From assembly GCA_965250285.1 (NCBI GenBank), contig OZ252299.1, positions 2,976,001 through 3,040,000 of the forward strand: DNA of 64,000 nt. The letters are read 5' to 3'. The position numbers and the translations under genes are program-made. This document shows, in pieces, positions 39,421-47,900 of this stretch. The stretch comes from Myxococcota bacterium (GTDB lineage: Bacteria > Myxococcota_A > UBA9160 > UBA4427). Positions within the stretch are counted from its first letter, which is position 1; each line of letters begins with the position of its first letter. The notes under the pieces were generated by a model. The model made no database searches and was not told the origin of the DNA. It saw nothing but the letters and a program-made list of their open reading frames with translations.

Positions 39421-40586
39421 GACGGCCCCGTGGCCTCTTCGAACGCCTTCGGCATCAGCTCGTCGGGAAAGCGGTAGAAGTCGACCGCGTTGTCCCAGAG
39501 GATCTTCCGCTTGCTCTCCTCCGAGAGCCGCTCCTGCTCGAGAAAGGTCTCGACCGCGTGCGGGTACTTCGAGTCGGGGTGCGGATAGTCGGTCTCGAAC
39601 AGAATGTGGGTGTCCCCCAGCTCCTCGATCGTGTGGTAGACGAGGTGCTCATCGGGCTCGGTCGTCACCCAGATGTTCTTCTTGAAGTAGTCGATCGGCT
39701 CCTTCGTACACTCTGGCGTCTCGAGCCAGCCCGCCAGCTCGACGTGCTCTTCGATGCGGTGCAGCCACTGCGGCACCCACGCCGAACCCGCCTCCATGTA
39801 GCCGACGCGCAGACGCGGGTACCGCTCGAACACGCCATTCACGATCATCGCGAGCATGGCCATCTGCGCCTCCATCGGGTGCACGCAGGTGTGCCACTCG
39901 ACGAAGCTCTCGAAGCGGTCGTTCCCCGCCGACGGCCCGGCCAACCCCATGAACTCGTGCGTCGCGAACGCGACGTCGAGATCCTGCAAGAGCTCCCAGA
40001 GCGGATCGAAGTACGCATCACCGAGCGTGCGGTGATTGAACGGGTTCGGTCGAGCCCAGAAGCATCGCGTGCCGAGGTGCTCGTACGCGTACTGCACCTC
40101 TTCGAGCGCGCGCGTGATGTCGCCGAGCGGGACCGGCCCGGCAGCGAGGACCGTGCCCCCCGACGTCTCGCGCATCTCTTCGGCCCAGCGGTTGTAGGCG
40201 CGAGCCATCCCGGCCTGCAGGTCGGGATCGATGCCGTCGACCCACATGTCGTAGCCGGGGCCGTAGAGCACCATGATATCGACGCCCTCGACCCGCCCCG
40301 ACTCGGCCACACTCGCACCATCGAAGCCCTTGTCGACCACCGGGCCGTACTTGGCGCGCATCGCCTCGGTGGTCCACTTCACGGCCTCCTGCTGCCGGCC
40401 GTAGAGCGTCTTGTGGCTCTGGGTGTAGCGGCCGTCGACGGTGGCGGGACGAAACCGGTCCATCCCCTCGAAGGGCTGCCGCCACGAGACGCGCGCCTGG
40501 TAGCGCTGGTCGAGGAATCGCTCCCAGAGGTTCTTGGGCTCGACGACGTGCGCGTCGGCGTCGAAGATTTTGAATCCGTTTCGCAT
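39417..40586 (-). CDS. Amidohydrolase family protein
   Basis: FDADAHVVEP, GVFERYPRL..EAG, FETDYPH. Confidence 0.9.
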   Translation of the reverse strand: MRNGFKIFDADAHVVEPKNLWERFLDQRYQARVSWRQPFEGMDRFRPATVDGRYTQSHKTLYGRQQEAVKWTTEAMRAKYGPVVDKGFDGASVAESGRVEGVDIMVLYGPGYDMWVDGIDPDLQAGMARAYNRWAEEMRETSGGTVLAAGPVPLGDITRALEEVQYAYEHLGTRCFWARPNPFNHRTLGDAYFDPLWELLQDLDVAFATHEFMGLAGPSAGNDRFESFVEWHTCVHPMEAQMAMLAMIVNGVFERYPRLRVGYMEAGSAWVPQWLHRIEEHVELAGWLETPECTKEPIDYFKKNIWVTTEPDEHLVYHTIEELGDTHILFETDYPHPDSKYPHAVETFLEQERLSEESKRKILWDNAVDFYRFPDELMPKAFEEATGPS

Positions 40587-40625
40587 AGCTTGTGACTCCG
40601 TCTTGCGGGCCGTGACCCGGCTCGT

Positions 40626-41102
40626 TCAGTTGGTTCGAGTGTCTTCGAGCCACTCGGGGAGATCGATTGGTGGATTGGGCAGCTTCTTCGCGCCCTTCTC
40701 GGCCAGCAGCTTCTCGAAGCCCTCGGGATCGGCCGGCCACGATCGGGGGTCGCCCATCATGACCTCGAAGAGCTCGACGCCGTCGGGCCCTGCGATGAAC
40801 GGGCCGAACGCCGCGCCGTGCTCGAGCGTGATGTGCATGCCCTTGGTGCAGCGCACGTCGCCGCACATCATCTCCCCTTCGAGGACGAAGAGAATGTGAT
40901 CGCTATTGTGCCCATGCTTGTGCACCATCATGCCGGGGTCCCACTTCGCATACAGACACAGCATGTCGGGCGTGAACTCGAGCCACTTCTCGAAGATCGA
41001 GACGCGCCGGTCGCCGTGCTGCTGGGCGCGCACCTCGTGCCACTTCTCGTCGTCCGCGTGTCGAAATCGAACCTGCGGTGTCTTGTCGTCGGATTCGGCC
41101 AT
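40626..41102 (-). CDS. Cupin-like protein
   Basis: HKHGHNSDHILFVLEGE..GPFIAGPDGVELF. Confidence 0.78.
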   Translation of the reverse strand: MAESDDKTPQVRFRHADDEKWHEVRAQQHGDRRVSIFEKWLEFTPDMLCLYAKWDPGMMVHKHGHNSDHILFVLEGEMMCGDVRCTKGMHITLEHGAAFGPFIAGPDGVELFEVMMGDPRSWPADPEGFEKLLAEKGAKKLPNPPIDLPEWLEDTRTN

Positions 41103-41109
41103 GGGCTCC

Positions 41110-41937
41110 TCATGCGGGCTCGTCGCCCTCGAGCGTGACGCGATGCATGACGCGCCGCTCTGTGTAGTCAGGCACCGCGAAGTGCTGCACGGTGCGGTTG
41201 TCCCAGAACGCGATCGAGTGCGGCTCCCACGAGAACCGACACTGATACTCGGGCGATCGCACGTGGTCGTTCAAGAACGGCAACAGCAGATCGTTCTCAC
41301 GCTCGCTCAAGCCGACGATGTGCGTCGTCGAGTTGCCGTTCACATAGAGCGCTTTGCGGCCCGTGACGGGATGCGTCCGCACGACCGGATGCTCGACCGG
41401 CGGGAACGTCGCTCGCGCGTGCTCGAGTCGCTGCTCGTCGAAGATGCCCTTGCGCACGGCGCGGCGCATCGGCTTCGTGATGTCATGGACGGCCCGCAGC
41501 TGCGAGACGAAAGCACGCATCTCTTTCGACAGACCGTCGTAGGCCGCGACTGCGCTGGCGAAGCAGGTATCGCCCCCCACCGAGGGCAGCTCCACTGCCT
41601 TGAGGATCGAGCCGAGCGGCGGCTTCGCCATGAACGTGTTGTCGCTGTGCCAGTTGTCGGCGCCTTGCCCCCGCGGCTCCACCTGATCGAGCACCATCAC
41701 TTCGGGGCGCAGATCGCTGTCGGGGGCCATGGGCGGGATGCTGATCTCGCCGAACTGCTCGGCGAACGCGACCTGCTGGTCGGGCGTGATCGCCTGGTCT
41801 CGAAAGAAGAGCACGCCGTGCTCGAGGAGCGCCGCCTCGATGCCGGCCTGCTCGTCCGCCGAGAGGGGCTGGCGCAGGTCGACCCCGGACACCGTCGCCC
41901 CGATCGTCTTCGTCACCGGCGAGACGGCCAAGCTCAC
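41110..41937 (-). CDS. TauD/TfdA-family Fe(II)/2-oxoglutarate dioxygenase
   Basis: WHSDNTF, GGDT, HPVVRTHP, WDNRTVQH..R. Confidence 0.93.
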   Translation of the reverse strand: MSLAVSPVTKTIGATVSGVDLRQPLSADEQAGIEAALLEHGVLFFRDQAITPDQQVAFAEQFGEISIPPMAPDSDLRPEVMVLDQVEPRGQGADNWHSDNTFMAKPPLGSILKAVELPSVGGDTCFASAVAAYDGLSKEMRAFVSQLRAVHDITKPMRRAVRKGIFDEQRLEHARATFPPVEHPVVRTHPVTGRKALYVNGNSTTHIVGLSERENDLLLPFLNDHVRSPEYQCRFSWEPHSIAFWDNRTVQHFAVPDYTERRVMHRVTLEGDEPA

Positions 41938-42845
41938 CGGATCACCTCGTCGCCGAAGCGCGACACCCAGTCGATCACCTCGTCCCGGGTCTGCCCCCGC
42001 ACCCCGATGGAGACCCACGTGACCCCGATCGCCTCCAGCGCCCTCACCTGCTCGCGCAGCTCGGTGAGATCGCTCGGCCCCTTCGCGTTCATGGCGTACC
42101 CGAACGGCACGAAGTTCACATCGATGGGCTCGGTCCGGCCCCACTGCTTCGCATGGCTCTTCAAGAAGGCGATGCGCTCGCCCAGGTCTTCGATCGACTC
42201 GATCCCGGCCGTCCGGGCACGGGCCGAGTGGGCGCGCGCGATCGGGAACGGGCTCCACCCCTGGGCGTGCTCGACTGCGCGGCGCATCGCCAGCCGCGTA
42301 TTGCCCCCCACCCAGATCGGCGGATGCGGCGTCTGCAGCGGAGCCGGACGCATCGTGTTGCCCGCCGCGTCGAAGTGTGCGCCCGAGAGCTTCACCGATT
42401 CGCCCCGCCATGCCTGCTTCATGGCAACGAGCGCCTCGTCGGTCAACGCGTTGCGGTCTTCGAAGCGCGCGCCGAGCGCGCGGTACTCGCCCTCGAGATA
42501 GCCCGCGGCGACCCCCACGATGACCCGCCCGCCCGAGACGACGTCGAGGCTCGCGATCGCCTTCGCCGTCATGAACGGGTTGCGATAGGGCAGGACCAGA
42601 ATGTGCGTGTGGAGCCGCAGCTTCGTCGTCGCGGCGGCAGCTGCGGTCAATGACACGAACGGGTCGAGAGCGTGATGGCCGCCCGTCGCGAGCCAGTCGT
42701 CGGACGGAAACGGATGCTCGGTCACGAAGCACGCGTCGAAGCCCGCGCGCTCGATCGCCGAGGCCGTCTCGCGGATCGCCTCGAGGCTCGTAAACGTCTC
42801 GCGCTGCTCGACGCGATCGGTCGGCAGCTGCACCGAGAACTTCAC
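41934..42845 (-). CDS. LLM-class oxidoreductase, probably F420-dependent
   Basis: ERAGFD..TEHP, DPFVSL, LPYRNP, PPIWVGG. Confidence 0.85.
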   Translation of the reverse strand: MKFSVQLPTDRVEQRETFTSLEAIRETASAIERAGFDACFVTEHPFPSDDWLATGGHHALDPFVSLTAAAAATTKLRLHTHILVLPYRNPFMTAKAIASLDVVSGGRVIVGVAAGYLEGEYRALGARFEDRNALTDEALVAMKQAWRGESVKLSGAHFDAAGNTMRPAPLQTPHPPIWVGGNTRLAMRRAVEHAQGWSPFPIARAHSARARTAGIESIEDLGERIAFLKSHAKQWGRTEPIDVNFVPFGYAMNAKGPSDLTELREQVRALEAIGVTWVSIGVRGQTRDEVIDWVSRFGDEVIR

Positions 42846-43945
42846 GCCGGCACCTCGAACCCGTAGAGCTTCGCGGCGTTCGAAGCGAAGAGTCTCGTCT
42901 TGACGTCTTCGCTGAGGTCGCTGCGCTTCTCGAGGATGCGGACCGAGTCGGGGAACGCACAGTCGAAATGACAGTAGTCGGACGAGTAACAGATGACGTC
43001 GTCCGCCACGTGCTCGAACACATAGGGCACCATCTTCTCGTCGGGCTCGGTCGTCAGGAAACAGCGACCCGCAAAGTACTCCGACGGCGGTCGATCGATC
43101 TCGGGCGCCAGCTCGGGCATCATCTCCCAGTGCTCGTCGAGGCGTTCGAGCCAGAACGGCAGCCACCCGACGCCCGCCTCGAGAAAGCCCACCCGCAGCG
43201 TCGGAAAGCGCGCGAGGATGCCCCCGACCGTGAAGTTGAACACGGCCTGCATCGCACCCAACGGATGCGTGAGCGCGTGCACCCCGAGCCGCGTGTCGAA
43301 GCGATCGATGGCGAACGGCGTCTGCCCCGGCGCCTGCCCTCCGCCGTGCGTACAGACCGCGACGCCGAGGCGTTCGGCCGTAGCCCACACGACGTCGAAG
43401 CTCGGATCGTCGAGGTTCTTCTCACGAATGTGCGTCGCCGTGACCATGCCGACGAACCCGTGCTGGGTCACGCAGCGCTCGAGCTCCTCGGCCGCCGCCT
43501 TCGGCTCGATCATCGGCAGCTTCGCGACGAGCTTCAGCCGGTCGGGCGCGTAGCTCGCATACTCGGCGCGCGCGTCGTTCAGCGTTCTGCACAGTGCAGC
43601 GGAGAAGTCGACGTCGTCCATGGCCCACTCCTCGCCCGAGCCCGGCGGGAACAGCACCGCAACGTCGATCCCTTCGAGATCCATGTCGGGCATGCGCTTC
43701 TCGGGGTCGAACATGCCGGGCTGGGTCGGCACCGCGAACTCGAGATCGTCTTCGTCGGGGATCACCTCGTCGGCGTCGTCGTGCGCGCGAAGCCCGGCGC
43801 CCGGCATGCTCGCGTACTTCTTGCGCATCGCCTCGACGTAGGCGCGCATCGTCGAAGCGTGCTTGGCCGGAACGCGACGCCGCCAACCGAGGGGCTCACC
43901 ACCGTGCCCATCTGCGTCGATCACGTAGTGACCGAATCGACCCAT
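42842..43945 (-). CDS. Amidohydrolase family protein
   Basis: IDADGH, MDLEGIDVAVLFP, FLEAGVGW, YSSDYCHFD. Confidence 0.9.
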   Translation of the reverse strand: MGRFGHYVIDADGHGGEPLGWRRRVPAKHASTMRAYVEAMRKKYASMPGAGLRAHDDADEVIPDEDDLEFAVPTQPGMFDPEKRMPDMDLEGIDVAVLFPPGSGEEWAMDDVDFSAALCRTLNDARAEYASYAPDRLKLVAKLPMIEPKAAAEELERCVTQHGFVGMVTATHIREKNLDDPSFDVVWATAERLGVAVCTHGGGQAPGQTPFAIDRFDTRLGVHALTHPLGAMQAVFNFTVGGILARFPTLRVGFLEAGVGWLPFWLERLDEHWEMMPELAPEIDRPPSEYFAGRCFLTTEPDEKMVPYVFEHVADDVICYSSDYCHFDCAFPDSVRILEKRSDLSEDVKTRLFASNAAKLYGFEVPA

Positions 43946-43976
43946 GTCTGTCTCCTTCGCACCGCTCGAAGCGCGG

Positions 43977-44504
43977 CTATGCCGTACGGGTGAGCAGGCA
44001 CCCCATTACGTCTTCGATCGCCGCATCTGCCCGAGCGCACAGTGCGTCATCGGCCACGCCGCCCACCGGGTGGGCGATCGCGACGATGCGCGCTCCATCG
44101 AGCCCGACCTGCTCGCCCGACTGGCGCGCCAGATCGAAGAAGCGCTCGGTGGCCACCACCACCGTGGGGGTGCCCATCGACTCCAGCCGTGCCGTGTCGT
44201 GGAGACTCCACGACGTGCACGACCCTCAATCCGCGGTCCCCGTCAAGACGAGGTCCGCCTCGGCCGCGATGGCCTCGAGCAGCGCGTCGTCGCAGGGCGT
44301 CGCGGCGGTGCGCTTGCGGTGCACGCCGACGAACTCGACGCCGGTGCGCTCGGCGAGGCGCTCGGCCATCTGAGTCATCAAGAGCGCCGCACCGGGCTTG
44401 CCGTTGTCGAGCACGGCGAGTCGCCGCGTCGAGAGCAGCTCGGGCGACGGCGCCAAGGCGGCGCCGCGCTGTCCAACCCGGCCTTCGGGCGATTCGATCT
44501 TCAT
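43977..44504 (-). CDS. UGSC-family selenoprotein, 175 aa, Sec at codon 93 (TGA at 44226-44228)
   Basis: The ORFs 44226-44504 and 43977-44177 share a frame; readthrough gives GTAD-U-GSCTSWSLHD; GGAGGAG RBS; hairpin just 3' of the UGA. Confidence 0.88.
44196..44214 (-). promoter_or_regulatory. Bacterial SECIS-like hairpin
   Basis: GUCGUGGA-GUC-UCCACGAC, 11 nt 3' of the UGA, with GU in the apical loop. Confidence 0.75.
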
Positions 44505-44550
44505 GTGGCTCTCCTCCGGCGGCCGCGCGCCGCCTGAACTTCACCGGCCG

Positions 44551-45591
44551 TCAGGGCGCGACCGGCAGCGTCACGCTCTGGGTCATGCCCCAGCTGGGAA
44601 TCACGCACGAGTGCTTGCCCGCTCCGCCCGCGACCAGAACGCGGATGTGATCGGGGTGGTCGGTGATCGGCATCGCATCGTCGTCGCCGAGGGCACGCAG
44701 CCACGGCCGCACCTGCACGACATCGAACGCGCCGCGCAGCACGCGCGCCGGCAGGCGCGCACGTTCGTAGAGGTACGACTGCACGTCCCGGCGCGTCCAC
44801 CCGGCGCCCGCGATCGTCGCGGCATGCTCGGGACCGAGCACGACGAAGAACTCGGCCGAAGACACCGGCGCGTTGTTCGAGCCGAGCGTCGCCATCACGC
44901 TCGCGCCCTTGTCGAGGATCGTCTCGGGCGCGTCGCTCTCCATGTCGTGGAAGTTGTGCGGGTTCTCGCCGCAGTGGATCGTCACGGCGCTGGGCGCGTC
45001 GACACCGCGACTGCGCGGATACGAGGCCCATGGCGAGGCCGCCTCGTTCTCGGCGATGCAGTACGCATACTTCGAGGGCTGGCCCTGGGTCGATGCATCG
45101 CCCGCGCCGGGCCGCGCGCCCGCCACATGCATGAGGATCAGGCGAAGCGCGCGCCCCACCGTCGCATTGGCGCGGTTGCCCGGGCCGAACGTGCCCAGCC
45201 CCGCGTTGAACTCGCCCGCCCGCACGGCCTCGCCGTGCACGATGAGCAGCGGCGCGACGGGATGCGTCGTCGCGTTCACGCCGCGCAGGTTCAGCTCGGG
45301 CCGCCCGAGGGCGCGCACCGCGCTGACGAGCACCGGCAGCAGCCCGGGCTTGCAGCCAGCGAGCACGGCGTTGATGGCGATGATGCGCCGTGTGGCCTCG
45401 CCGAGCCGCGGCTCGAGGCGTGCGATGACTTCGTCGTCGCCCCGCCCTGCGTCGCCGCCTGCGCCGAGCATGGCTTCGACTCGATCGCGCGTCGGCGGGA
45501 CGAGCGGCAGACCGTCCCCCCATCCCTTCGCTTCGAAGAGCTCGATCAGCGCCTCGGGCGAGTCGGTCGACAGCTCGAGCTCGTCGTTCAT
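44551..45591 (-). CDS. Uncharacterised protein of the family usually found next to UGSC genes
   Basis: GWGDGLPLVPPT, AINAVLAGC, GNRANATVGRA, CIAENE, VAGGAG. Confidence 0.78.
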   Translation of the reverse strand: MNDELELSTDSPEALIELFEAKGWGDGLPLVPPTRDRVEAMLGAGGDAGRGDDEVIARLEPRLGEATRRIIAINAVLAGCKPGLLPVLVSAVRALGRPELNLRGVNATTHPVAPLLIVHGEAVRAGEFNAGLGTFGPGNRANATVGRALRLILMHVAGARPGAGDASTQGQPSKYAYCIAENEAASPWASYPRSRGVDAPSAVTIHCGENPHNFHDMESDAPETILDKGASVMATLGSNNAPVSSAEFFVVLGPEHAATIAGAGWTRRDVQSYLYERARLPARVLRGAFDVVQVRPWLRALGDDDAMPITDHPDHIRVLVAGGAGKHSCVIPSWGMTQSVTLPVAP

Positions 45592-47324
45592 GCGCCCGCT
45601 CCCGTGCCCGCCGGTCGCACGAGTCGCCCCGGTAGCGCCGTCTGCAGCTGCCCCCACAACACGATCGGCTCGCCCGCGACGATCGTCGCCGCGAAGCCGT
45701 TGGGCCGCGCCGAGAACCGCCCCTGGTCGCCGGGCAGGTCGTAGACCATGCGCTTCGTGCCGGGCCCGACCGTCGCGGGGTCGAAGATCATCAGATCGGC
45801 CGCATAGCCCGGCAGCAGCGCGCCCCGCCCCGCAAAGCCGGCCATCGCCGCGGGCACCTGCGTCAGCTGACGGATGCCCTCTTCGAGGGTCCACACCTCG
45901 CGGTCGATCACCCAGTGGCGCAGGAAGTAGCTCGACCAGTCGGCGCCGTCGTCGCGGTCGAGGTGTGCGCCGCCGTCGGAGACGCCCATGAGCATCGACG
46001 GGTGCTTCATGCTCTCTTCGACCGAGGCCGCCCACTCGGGGGTGCGATTCTCCCAGCGGAACTTCATCTTGAGATCTTCGCTGAGTGCGAGATCGAGCAT
46101 CACGTCGGCCGGCGCCTGGCCCATCTCGCGTGCGAGGTCGGCGATGCTGCGCCGCAGGTATTTCTCGTTGCCGGGGTCGGTCACCTCGTCGACGAACGTC
46201 ACGTCCCAGTGCGGCGGTGGCAGGGTCGAACCGGCGTCCGGATCGCGGTTCGGGCGATCGACCGCATGGCGCAGCTCGTCGCGCACCACGGGGTCGCGCA
46301 GGCGCGCGAGCTTCTCGTCGTGCGAGAGCGACATGAACGCCGCCCACGGAAACACGCCGGCATAGAGCGGAGAGCCGGCATCGAGATCGATCGGCCGATC
46401 GAACGGGTGATTGCGAAGCAGCGAGAACACCGCCGCGCCGTCGCGGGCCGCGGCATCGAGGAATCGCTTCGCGTTCGCCCAGCCCGCGGTGGGTGCATCG
46501 ACCTTGTCGCGCCCGCCCACGCCCTGGATCACGATCGGCAGACGGCTCTTCTGACCGAGCTCGATCAGCAGCGCCTCGTCTTCACCGTCGAGCCCGCCGA
46601 TCACGCTCTTCGGCAGGTACGAAATGCTCCCCCCGCCGGCGCGGCCGGCCTCTTCGCACAGCGCCACGAGCTCTTCGCGCGAAGCGAAGCGACTCGGGAT
46701 CGGGCGATCGTCTCCATCGACCTGCGTCGGCACCGACGACGATGAGAAGCCCGCCGCACCGGCCGCCATCGCCTCGCCGACGAGGGCACGCATCTGCCCG
46801 ATCTCTTCTTCGGTGGCGTGGCGCTCGCTGCCGTCGGCACCCATGACGAAGCGGCGGAGGCTCGAGTGGCCGATGTAGCAGGCGAGGTTCACGCCCAGCC
46901 GCCCCTCTCGCGCGCGCAGGTAGTCGGGGAAGGACTCGAAATCCCACTCGACCCCCTCGAGCGCGACGGGCTCCATGCCCTCGACCTTCGCGAACATCGC
47001 CTTGATGTAGGGCCGCGCCGCTTCTCGGGTCGGAGCGATCGAGAAGCCACAGTTGCCTGCGAGCACGGTGGTCACGCCGTGGTAGCAGGACGACGTCGCG
47101 TACGGGTCGAACGTGAGCTGCGGGTCGTAGTGCGTGTGGGCGTCGATGATGCCCGGCGCCACGATGTGGCCGTCGGCGTCGATCGTGCGGCGGGTGTCCT
47201 TCGCGCCGGGCACGTGGCCGACCGCGGCGATGACACCGTCGCGCACGGCGACGTCGCCGCGCCGCCGGGCGAGCCCCGTGCCGTCGACGACGATGCCGCC
47301 CCGCACGACGAGATCCCACGTCAC
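45588..47324 (-). CDS. N-acyl-D-amino-acid deacylase-like amidohydrolase
   Basis: APGIIDAHTHYD, GVTTVLAGNCG, SDGGAH, ADLMIFDP. Confidence 0.9.
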   Translation of the reverse strand: MTWDLVVRGGIVVDGTGLARRRGDVAVRDGVIAAVGHVPGAKDTRRTIDADGHIVAPGIIDAHTHYDPQLTFDPYATSSCYHGVTTVLAGNCGFSIAPTREAARPYIKAMFAKVEGMEPVALEGVEWDFESFPDYLRAREGRLGVNLACYIGHSSLRRFVMGADGSERHATEEEIGQMRALVGEAMAAGAAGFSSSSVPTQVDGDDRPIPSRFASREELVALCEEAGRAGGGSISYLPKSVIGGLDGEDEALLIELGQKSRLPIVIQGVGGRDKVDAPTAGWANAKRFLDAAARDGAAVFSLLRNHPFDRPIDLDAGSPLYAGVFPWAAFMSLSHDEKLARLRDPVVRDELRHAVDRPNRDPDAGSTLPPPHWDVTFVDEVTDPGNEKYLRRSIADLAREMGQAPADVMLDLALSEDLKMKFRWENRTPEWAASVEESMKHPSMLMGVSDGGAHLDRDDGADWSSYFLRHWVIDREVWTLEEGIRQLTQVPAAMAGFAGRGALLPGYAADLMIFDPATVGPGTKRMVYDLPGDQGRFSARPNGFAATIVAGEPIVLWGQLQTALPGRLVRPAGTGAGA

Positions 47325-47818
47325 CGGTTCGCCCCCCCTTCGAAGAGGTCGAGCAGCTGCATCAGCACGCGGTCGGCGTCCTTCAGCTCGGTCTCCGGGA
47401 GCGGGTCGAGCAGGGCCTGCGTCGCATCGAGGTACGCGCGAAACACCCGCTCGTGCAGCTCGGCCCCCTCCGCGGTCAGCGAGACCACCGAGCCCCGCCC
47501 ATCGGTCGGGTCGGGCGCGCGCTCGACGAGCCCGCGCTCTTCGAGCCGCCTGAGGATCTTGGTCATGCCGCCAGACGAGCGCTGCAGCCGGCTATAGAGC
47601 CGACTCGGTGTCAGCTGATAAGGCGCGCCGGCGCGCCGCAGTGCCGCGAGCACGCCGTAGTCGCCCGACGACAGGCCGAAGGGAGCGAGCACCTGCTGCT
47701 GAAACGAGTCGATCAGCACCGAGAGCCGGGCGAGCCGCACCATCGGCGGAAACGTCCGGGTGTCGAGCTCGGGGTACTCACGCTCCCACGCGGTCGAGAG
47801 ATCATCGATCCAGCTCAT
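47321..47818 (-). CDS. MarR family regulator (PecS/TamR-like N-terminus)
   Basis: AWEREYPELD, LRRAGAPYQLTP, SGGMT..LEERGLVER..DGR. Confidence 0.9.
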   Translation of the reverse strand: MSWIDDLSTAWEREYPELDTRTFPPMVRLARLSVLIDSFQQQVLAPFGLSSGDYGVLAALRRAGAPYQLTPSRLYSRLQRSSGGMTKILRRLEERGLVERAPDPTDGRGSVVSLTAEGAELHERVFRAYLDATQALLDPLPETELKDADRVLMQLLDLFEGGANR

Positions 47819-47850
47819 GGCATTGCCCTCGCTTGCTCGACCTCGTTATA

Positions 47851-47874
47851 CTTTCCGGAAAGCTTTCCCGCAAG
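47851..47874. promoter_or_regulatory. Candidate MarR operator: two tandem CTT-N6-AAG boxes
   Basis: CTTTCCGGAAAG (perfect palindrome) then CTTTCCCGCAAG, between divergent marR and MFS genes. Confidence 0.65.
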
Positions 47875-47900
47875 CAAAAAACAGATCGCCGAGGAGCTCC

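Noticed and set aside
43977..44504. Pseudogene with a premature stop, or two separate small genes
   Set aside because: The stop is TGA at a UxxC position followed by a SECIS-like hairpin; recoding explains it better
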